Below are positions 57,616 to 64,000 of a stretch of DNA of 64,000 nt, one piece after another; position 1 is the stretch's first letter; each line of letters opens with the position of its first letter. The DNA is from an uncultured Candidatus Saccharibacteria bacterium (GTDB taxonomy: Bacteria; Patescibacteriota; Minisyncoccia; Phycocordibacterales; UBA9973): positions 3,989-67,988 of the forward strand of contig CAYUQD010000003.1 in assembly GCA_964446965.1 (NCBI GenBank), written 5' to 3'. The translations under genes and the position numbers were made by a program. Under the pieces are notes generated by a model that was given only the letters and a program-made list of their open reading frames with translations, had not been told where the DNA came from and ran no database searches.

Positions 57616-58530
57616 CTATCTCTGTCGAATGATCGTATCGTACACCGCTTTGAGGACATTCGGGTCAGTAGCAACGACGATCGTGCGTTCAGTTGCGTAG
57701 CCATAGTAGAGAATGATCGTCTTTACATTGGTATCGATGTTGGTACTTGCGAGCGTGCGCACCGGCAAGTTGTACATATAACTACTCTCAAATCCTGCAC
57801 TCACCTCTTCGGCATCAGTGCGTGGTGGGATTGCAAGTATTGCTCCGACACTGTCGAGGAGTTTTGGTTCTGCGATCAAGAATTCTTTTGATGCGATCTC
57901 TGCACTAGGTACGGAGAAAATGAGGAAGGGAGACACACGCGTGCCGTTGTTGTACACACCGAGTCGGACGAGCGAGATCGCCGCGAGGAATGGTTCGCCA
58001 AAATCAATACCAAAGTATCGGAACACTTCTTCGGATGACAGTGGGGTGAGTGTTGTGCTGTCAGAGAGGAATGGTACGAGGACTGGCTTGCCTTCGATGA
58101 TGTCAGGACTGGTGGTGATGCTCGTGATCGCGTCGAGGGAGGCTGTCTTGTCTGTAATGACAGGAGCGATATTTTGGAATACGCCGACTGTCGGGAGAGG
58201 TGCAACAGAGACCGTGAGAGTGCGGTAGTAGTATCCACCATAGACGATGGCACCGAGTGCGAGGATGACGAGGATGACTCCGCCGGTGGTGTACCACCCT
58301 TTTTGGTGACGAACGACGTCGCGTTCTTTTTCGAGTTCTTCGCGTTCACGAGCGGTGTGCAGCATTTCTTGGACGACGTGTGCGTCAGTCGCATTCATCG
58401 CAAGCGAGAGATCTTCTTGGAAGGTGTGCACGATTGGGCGGTTCTCGTGACTCTCCTCTACTGGCTTTTGCGGCACAGCAGGAGGTTGTGTTGGAGGAGT
58501 CTCGGGTTGTGTCGGTGTGGTTGGTTCCAT
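57616..58530 (-). CDS. Hypothetical single-TM protein
   Basis: IVHTFQEDL N-terminal motif, TM, extracellular domain. Confidence 0.7.
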   Translation of the reverse strand: MEPTTPTQPETPPTQPPAVPQKPVEESHENRPIVHTFQEDLSLAMNATDAHVVQEMLHTAREREELEKERDVVRHQKGWYTTGGVILVILALGAIVYGGYYYRTLTVSVAPLPTVGVFQNIAPVITDKTASLDAITSITTSPDIIEGKPVLVPFLSDSTTLTPLSSEEVFRYFGIDFGEPFLAAISLVRLGVYNNGTRVSPFLIFSVPSAEIASKEFLIAEPKLLDSVGAILAIPPRTDAEEVSAGFESSYMYNLPVRTLASTNIDTNVKTIILYYGYATERTIVVATDPNVLKAVYDTIIRQR

Positions 58531-58536
58531 GGAGGA

Positions 58537-59046
58537 TTAGTATCCGATGAGGTACTTTTTGGAGTGAGTAGAGAGATCGAGGAAGTCGTCTGCGGCGAGC
58601 TTGAGTGATGCAGACGCACTTTGGCCAAATGTCGCGACCTCAACTTGGATACCGTGGTGGTAGCGGAGGAACTGACACAGCGGGACGAAGTCGCCGTCCC
58701 CTGAGACGATGACAATGGCATCGAGTTTGGGGGCCATGGTGACACAGTCGATGGCGAGTCCGATATCCCAGTCGGCTTTCTTTGAGCCGTCATAGAATAT
58801 CTGGAGGTCTTTGCTCTTGGTCTCGATCCCCGCTTTGTTAAGTGCCCCGAGGAATGCCTTCTCGTCTTCATTCTCGGTTGTGATCACGTACGCGATCGCA
58901 CGCACGAGCGAGCGACCTGCGAGTACGTCTTTGACGATATTGGCAAAGTTGACCTTGCGTTTGTAGATATGCTTTGCGGTGTGGTAGAGGTTCTGTGCAT
59001 CGATGAATACCCCTACGCGTTGTTCCTTGTGTTTGATGATGGCCAT
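58537..59046 (-). CDS. NYN domain (LabA/DUF88) protein
   Basis: FIDAQNLY, KADWDIGLAID, VSGDGDFVPL, LKLAADDF. Confidence 0.9.
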   Translation of the reverse strand: MAIIKHKEQRVGVFIDAQNLYHTAKHIYKRKVNFANIVKDVLAGRSLVRAIAYVITTENEDEKAFLGALNKAGIETKSKDLQIFYDGSKKADWDIGLAIDCVTMAPKLDAIVIVSGDGDFVPLCQFLRYHHGIQVEVATFGQSASASLKLAADDFLDLSTHSKKYLIGY

Positions 59047-59095
59047 GACTATGAGTATACAACAAAACACTCCGCAAATGCGGAGTGTTTCAGTA

Positions 59096-59356
59096 TTAAC
59101 CTTTGAGAAGTTTTGAGACTTCTTTGTGCTGATCAGGGTTTGTCTTTTCGAGTACCTTGAGGTGACCACGTCGGTCCGCTACCATCTTGATGAGGCCACG
59201 TCGTGAGTGGTTGTCCTTCTTGTGCTTCTTGAGGTGGGTTGCGAGTTCGTCGATCTTTTCGGTCAACATCGCTACCTGTACCTTCTTGCTGCCAGTATCA
59301 GTCTTGTGGACCTGATGCTTTTTGATGATTGTCTGCTTTTTCTTCGTTGATAACAT
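59096..59356 (-). CDS. rpsO: 30S ribosomal protein S15
   Basis: DTGSKKVQVAMLT, HKKDNHSRRGL. Confidence 0.96.
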   Translation of the reverse strand: MLSTKKKQTIIKKHQVHKTDTGSKKVQVAMLTEKIDELATHLKKHKKDNHSRRGLIKMVADRRGHLKVLEKTNPDQHKEVSKLLKG

Positions 59357-59483
59357 GATATGGTCATCATAACACATGCCCTCGAGAAAGGCAAGTACCC
59401 CACCTTACCCCCGAAATATAGACAATGTGTACGAAATGCGAGAGCTTTTTTATGTCGCACAATATTTCGGCTATACTATGTAT

Positions 59484-60398
59484 ATGGACTTCCCTACTGC
59501 CAAGCGACAATTCCTCGAATACATCGAGATTGAAAAAGGGCGCAGTCTCAAGACTGTCGAGAACTACGACCACTACCTCACGCGCTTTGCGAGTGATATG
59601 AAGGTTGCCAAGGTGAGAGACATCACCGAGGATACACTGCGAGAATTTCGCCTCAAGCTCAACCGTGCTCCAGGTGTCAAAGTCCGTGGCCAAGCCGCAG
59701 CGACCATGAAGAAGAATACACAGAACTACTATATGATCGCGCTTCGATCATTTCTGAAATACTGTCGCAAGCGCAACATCGAGAGTGTCGCACCAGATGC
59801 AATCGAACTCGCAAAGACTGGCGCACGTCACCTCGATCTCATGACGACGGATGAGCTCGGGCGATTGCTCCAAGCTCCCGATCTCTCGACACTGCGAGGC
59901 TTGCGCGACAAGGCGCTCCTCGAACTCTTTTTCTCCACAGGACTTCGTCTCGCCGAACTCTGCTCGCTCAACAACGATCTGGATCTCTCTCGAGACGAGT
60001 TCTCTATCCGTGGAAAGGGCGAGAAGGTCCGCGTCGTATTTATCAGTGATGACGCCCGTACTGCGATCAAGGCATATCAGAAGGCGCGCAAGGATATGGA
60101 CGAAGCCATGTTTGTCGATATCGCAAAGAATGGTGCCGGCCGCAATGACCGACGCCTCACTCCTCGCTCTATCGAGCGCATTGTCCGTGCCTATGCCATC
60201 AAGGCTGGTATCTCAAAAAAGGTCACTCCTCACGTATTGCGCCACTCATTTGCCACCAACCTCCTCTCCAACGGTGCAGATATCCGTAGTGTTCAGATGA
60301 TGCTCGGCCACGCCAACATCGCTACTACACAGGTCTATACGCACATTACTGACAAGCAGTTGCGAGAGGTTCACAAGAAATTTCACAGCAAACGATAA
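59484..60398 (+). CDS. XerC/D-type tyrosine recombinase
   Basis: RDKALLELFFSTGLRLAEL, GKGEKVR, PHVLRHSFAT, LGHANIATTQVY. Confidence 0.92.
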   Translation: MDFPTAKRQFLEYIEIEKGRSLKTVENYDHYLTRFASDMKVAKVRDITEDTLREFRLKLNRAPGVKVRGQAAATMKKNTQNYYMIALRSFLKYCRKRNIESVAPDAIELAKTGARHLDLMTTDELGRLLQAPDLSTLRGLRDKALLELFFSTGLRLAELCSLNNDLDLSRDEFSIRGKGEKVRVVFISDDARTAIKAYQKARKDMDEAMFVDIAKNGAGRNDRRLTPRSIERIVRAYAIKAGISKKVTPHVLRHSFATNLLSNGADIRSVQMMLGHANIATTQVYTHITDKQLREVHKKFHSKR

Positions 60399-60446
60399 CT
60401 TCTTATTCTCCTAAAAATCTGTTATCATTGGGAAAAATAATTTAAT

Positions 60447-60776
60447 ATGAATCAAAAGTTAAAAAAAGTACTGCTCGCAGGAGTGATTGCAGTATGTATC
60501 GCAGGTGGAAGTATGACACTAGCCTCAAAAGGCGCCCCGAGAAAAGAGGTCAGCAATGACCAGTATGTCCGTGGATGGATCGACAATTCGTGGAACACAT
60601 TCACAATCCCCAAAAACCCCAATTTTATTATTGAGCCCACTATGCTCTTGATAAAACAAAAGAGAGAAAGGGATACAATTCTCAGAATTGCAAACCTTTC
60701 CTACACTGGAGAGGGATCTATGGATTCGAGCGTGCTCTCTATGAGAACAATAACTAATTGTGAAGTTACACAATAA
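60447..60776 (+). CDS. Hypothetical exported orphan protein
   Basis: Signal peptide; AT-rich; downstream hairpin. Confidence 0.6.
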   Translation: MNQKLKKVLLAGVIAVCIAGGSMTLASKGAPRKEVSNDQYVRGWIDNSWNTFTIPKNPNFIIEPTMLLIKQKRERDTILRIANLSYTGEGSMDSSVLSMRTITNCEVTQ

Positions 60777-61121
60777 GATAATTTATCACTCACCAAAAAA
60801 TGCCCAGCAATGGGCTTTTTTCTCTGGGAAGTTATACACAGTTGTGTGGTGTACAACGTATTGGTACAATAGATGCAAAGGTAGTTATTCAAAAACCCAA
60901 TATCTTTTACTCAACGACCTAACCGTCGTCCATTCCGCACTGTGTGCATCCGTCGTAGTACGTGTAATCCAAACAAACCACCGCAAAATGGTACTCGCAG
61001 TAGTTCTTCCAGTAGTTCTTTCAAATTTTAACCCCATGAAGTCTCAGACTTCATCTCCAATACTCTAAACCCCCTATTTTTAAACTAAGGGGGTTTTTCT
61101 TTTGCCTGCTATACTATTTTT

Positions 61122-61892
61122 ATGCGAATTATCTCCTGGAACACCAACGGCCTGCGCGCCACTGCCAAACAAGGCTATTTTGACCCATTATTTCGCGACT
61201 TGGACCCCGACATCCTCTGTCTGCAGGAGACCAAGGCACTCCCCGAGCAGCTCCCCGAGGAAGTCCGAGATGTATTTGGATACGCATCATACTTTGCCTT
61301 CCCTACCCTAAAGAAGGGGTATAGCGGTGTCGCTATCTATACCAAGGCTACTCCCCTCAATGTTACCTATGGTATCGGCATGGAGTCACTCGACAATGAG
61401 GGTCGCACGATCACTGCAGAGTATGACAACTACTACCTCATCAACTGCTACTTCCCCAATGGCGGGGGTGCTCCAGAGCGTCTCGAGTACAAACTCGCCT
61501 TTTATGACCAATTTTTGAAGTACATAGCCAAACTTGAGAAACATAAACCCGTGATCTTTTGTGGAGACGTGAACGTTGCCCATACCGAGATAGATCTCGC
61601 TCGTCCCAAGGAGAATGCGACCCACGTCGGCTTCCTGCCTATAGAACGCGCATGGATGGACAAGGTCGTCCACAAAGGATGGATCGACGTATTCCGCCAC
61701 CGCAACCCCACTACTACCGAGGTCTATACTTACTGGGATCAGTACTCCCATGCCAGAGAGCGCAACGTCGGCTGGCGTATCGATTATTTCTTTGTTTCCC
61801 CTATGTTGATCGGCAATGTCAGTGACTTCCAGACACTCACCCAATACTACGGTAGCGACCACTGCCCGATACTCCTCGACATCACGCTCTAA
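61122..61892 (+). CDS. xth: Exodeoxyribonuclease III / AP endonuclease
   Basis: SWNTNGLRA, LQETK, GYSGVA, CGDVNVAH, GWRIDYF, GSDHCP. Confidence 0.95.
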   Translation: MRIISWNTNGLRATAKQGYFDPLFRDLDPDILCLQETKALPEQLPEEVRDVFGYASYFAFPTLKKGYSGVAIYTKATPLNVTYGIGMESLDNEGRTITAEYDNYYLINCYFPNGGGAPERLEYKLAFYDQFLKYIAKLEKHKPVIFCGDVNVAHTEIDLARPKENATHVGFLPIERAWMDKVVHKGWIDVFRHRNPTTTEVYTYWDQYSHARERNVGWRIDYFFVSPMLIGNVSDFQTLTQYYGSDHCPILLDITL

Positions 61893-61939
61893 CTTTACAT
61901 TTGGACAATATATGCTATAGTTTTAAAAAACTACTGTAT

Positions 61940-62269
61940 ATGCATATCTTAAAAAAGAAAATCACGATCAAAACAATTATCGCTACCGTTGTGGCACTCT
62001 GCCTTCTGGCTCTCACTGGCATACTCATCGACCGGCAATGGTCCATCAATGCAGGATTGGTCTGCTGGATCATTGTTGTTGGTGGGATCCCTATTGGCTT
62101 TCTTGTCAGATGGGCTTTCGAGAAACTTCGGAATCGGAAATGGTTTAAAAAACCAAAGTCCAATGTACCATCTATTCAATGTCGTCCTGGCGAAGTGTCT
62201 GAGGATGAATTCCCTACCCCGAGTGAGGTGTTCACAAAAGAGTCATGGCCGGAGTTTGTAGAAGCCTAA
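61940..62269 (+). CDS. Hypothetical two-TM orphan protein
   Basis: Own TATAGT box and terminator hairpin near 62290-62320. Confidence 0.55.
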   Translation: MHILKKKITIKTIIATVVALCLLALTGILIDRQWSINAGLVCWIIVVGGIPIGFLVRWAFEKLRNRKWFKKPKSNVPSIQCRPGEVSEDEFPTPSEVFTKESWPEFVEA

Positions 62270-62554
62270 TTACCCCCTACAAAAAAATTAACCCCATACA
62301 CATAGTGTATGGGGTTTTTTAAGTAAGGATGTAGTAATGATTAGGCAGCTTTTCGTCGGTAATTCTGTTGACGATTACTTGGTCGATGGACGGTGCCTTT
62401 TGTTTTGCGGTCAAAGGATCCTTTTTCGGCAGCAATTTTTGCTGTACCGGTACTATTAAATTTCTTTTTACCCATAGAGAATTATTTTCTATGTTATACC
62501 AAAGCCCTCTTGTGTTGTAAAGGAGAAGGAGTAGACTATGGGAAACTGTTAGCT

Positions 62555-63061
62555 ATGAAAATAAATATATCTACGTTTCAGTCACGAACTGTAATAACTC
62601 CTCTTTTACAGGAAATATGGAAGGACACAACAATACTTCCACTTCCAAAGGATATTAGTTCATACATCACGTATTTCGATATTTTTTCTACATTCATCCG
62701 CAATACTTCATCTTTCTTGTTTCAAGAAGTAAAAAGAACAAATCTTTTTACTGAGGATGCAATACAAGATATTGAAGCAGATCTAGCAAGTTTGCACCGC
62801 CTTTGCAGTGCAATACAAAAGGAATTGCGCAACAATTATTTACTTTCCCGCAAGGATAAACGGTTGTTTGCACGGATGATGAATAAAAATGAAGAAATCT
62901 GGGAAAAATTTGATATCCTCTCGCTCAAGATAGCTGACCTCAATGATAATTTGTTGCATCCACATATTGGAGATTATCTCCCATCAGTAGAAACAACACT
63001 TACTCAATGTGATATGTCTGTTTTCTTGAATCAAAAAAAAGAGTCGTTCCGAAAAAATTAA
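62555..63061 (+). CDS. Hypothetical orphan protein
   Basis: AT-rich ORF from ATG 62555; hairpin after the stop. Confidence 0.55.
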   Translation: MKINISTFQSRTVITPLLQEIWKDTTILPLPKDISSYITYFDIFSTFIRNTSSFLFQEVKRTNLFTEDAIQDIEADLASLHRLCSAIQKELRNNYLLSRKDKRLFARMMNKNEEIWEKFDILSLKIADLNDNLLHPHIGDYLPSVETTLTQCDMSVFLNQKKESFRKN

Positions 63062-63112
63062 AACTGGCCATAATTGGCCGGTTTTTTCTTGCTTGGTAAT
63101 AGGACTTCCTTT

Positions 63113-63565
63113 TTATACAAACATTTTTGCAATCACAAGAACGAGTCCGATCGTGACAAGGTAGGAGATACTATCACTTGCGAACTTTTTCCATGCGATA
63201 TCGCGAGGAGTATTGCCCCAGAGAATGCCCGAGCCAATGACGGGTACCATCATGGCAAGCCATACAAAGAATGCTTCTGTTGCAACCATCCCAAATGTCT
63301 GACCATTGCGCATCCCAAAGATAGTGATAAATCCGATAAAGAATGCCGTAAGCGCCGACATGATGAACTGTGCGAGATAGCTCTTCCACATCTTGGGTTT
63401 CATTTCCTCGATGAGGCGCTGTTGCTCGTCAGGCGAGATCTTGTCAAAGCCGATAGCCTTCATGTGGAGGCGTCCCATCGGGGTACCTGGTGAGTACCAG
63501 ATACTTCCGACAACGACTGATACTACTGCTCCAATAATAGCGATCAAAAGTATTGTTGTAATCAT
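63113..63565 (-). CDS. DUF1761-like membrane protein
   Basis: VVGSIWYSP, four TM. Confidence 0.7.
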   Translation of the reverse strand: MITTILLIAIIGAVVSVVVGSIWYSPGTPMGRLHMKAIGFDKISPDEQQRLIEEMKPKMWKSYLAQFIMSALTAFFIGFITIFGMRNGQTFGMVATEAFFVWLAMMVPVIGSGILWGNTPRDIAWKKFASDSISYLVTIGLVLVIAKMFV

Positions 63566-63591
63566 ATAGTGAGAGTATATCGCAAGAAATG

Positions 63592-63864
63592 TTAGTCGCA
63601 TACTTCCCTCCTGTGTTTGATACGAAGAATGGTGAGGATAATGATATCGCCGTTATTGTCACATCTGAACACTGCCCGATAATCACCAATGCGATATCGG
63701 TACCTACCTGCAAGTCGCCCCGCAAGCGCTGTTGCACGAACGAGCGGATTAGAAAGTTCGCTGTTTTCTTTTATTTTGAAAACAATACGGAGCGCAATGC
63801 TCTTGTCTAGTCGCTCGAGGTCCCTTCGTGCTTGGGTAGTATAGGTGAGTTGGTATCTATTCAT
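63592..63864 (-). CDS. relE: RelE/ParE family toxin
   Basis: YQLTYTTQARRDLERLD...YRYRIGDYRAVF...IKHRREV. Confidence 0.88.
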   Translation of the reverse strand: MNRYQLTYTTQARRDLERLDKSIALRIVFKIKENSELSNPLVRATALAGRLAGRYRYRIGDYRAVFRCDNNGDIIILTILRIKHRREVCD

Positions 63865-64000
63865 TAAAGCCAAGCGCCTCGAGGACGTCTTGGTGTGAAT
63901 GGAGTCGACCGTGTTTTATGTCTTCCTCTGCCGCAGCGATGTCAGCAACGAGTTTATCGAGCTTGGTATTGCGGGCAAACGGCTTCACCTCAAAGAGTGG
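63857..64000 (-). CDS. Cognate antitoxin, C-terminal part (Phd/YefM-like; runs off window)
   Basis: Manual translation PLFEVKPFARNTKLDKLVADIAAAEEDIKHGRLHSHQDVLEALGFNE*, overlapping the relE start. Confidence 0.75.
   Translation of the reverse strand, partial: PLFEVKPFARNTKLDKLVADIAAAEEDIKHGRLHSHQDVLEALGFNE

Noticed and set aside
59484-60398. Tyrosine recombinase as prophage/ICE integrase
   Set aside because: Xer-like size and motifs, host-like codons, next to rpsO; no att sites or phage genes and no dif site recognised
1-64000. CRISPR array, IS elements, rRNA, diversity-generating retroelement
   Set aside because: No spaced repeats, transposase, rRNA or reverse transcriptase seen; mismatches between the pilin cores are few and not adenine-specific
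63592-64000. RelE pair as a novel system
   Set aside because: Ordinary overlapping type II toxin-antitoxin arrangement
1-64000. Alternative genetic code (TGA=Gly, as in Gracilibacteria)
   Set aside because: Conserved genes translate full length under code 11 and comM ends at TGA at the expected position

Overview
Compact chromosomal window around the replication origin (dnaN-dnaA-rpmH-rnpA-yidD-yidC). Gene content and style (short polA/holA/yidC, PrgI/VirB4-like locus, pilin fusions, few Shine-Dalgarno sites) suggest a Patescibacteria/CPR (Parcubacteria-like) bacterium; this is inference. It carries housekeeping genes (polA, ruvABC, tyrS, pcrA, rsmA, xth, rpsT, rpsO, PBP1A), two tRNAs (Arg-GCG, Lys-TTT), a CsoR-CopA copper module and about 15 AT-rich orphan genes, many with their own promoter. 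Most interesting: (1) a ~17 kb VirB4/PrgI/VirB6-like locus ending in two tandem pilin-like paralogs that share a near-identical DNA core but carry different peptidoglycan-hydrolase tips (lytic transglycosylase vs M15 peptidase); (2) an orphan PemK/MazF toxin faced by a convergent, promoter-driven two-hairpin small RNA candidate; (3) a 6S-like structured RNA candidate between pilB and ruvB; (4) a structured mini-element built from tRNA-Lys 3' copies. No CRISPR array or transposase was seen. All calls come from reading motifs by eye; no searches were run.
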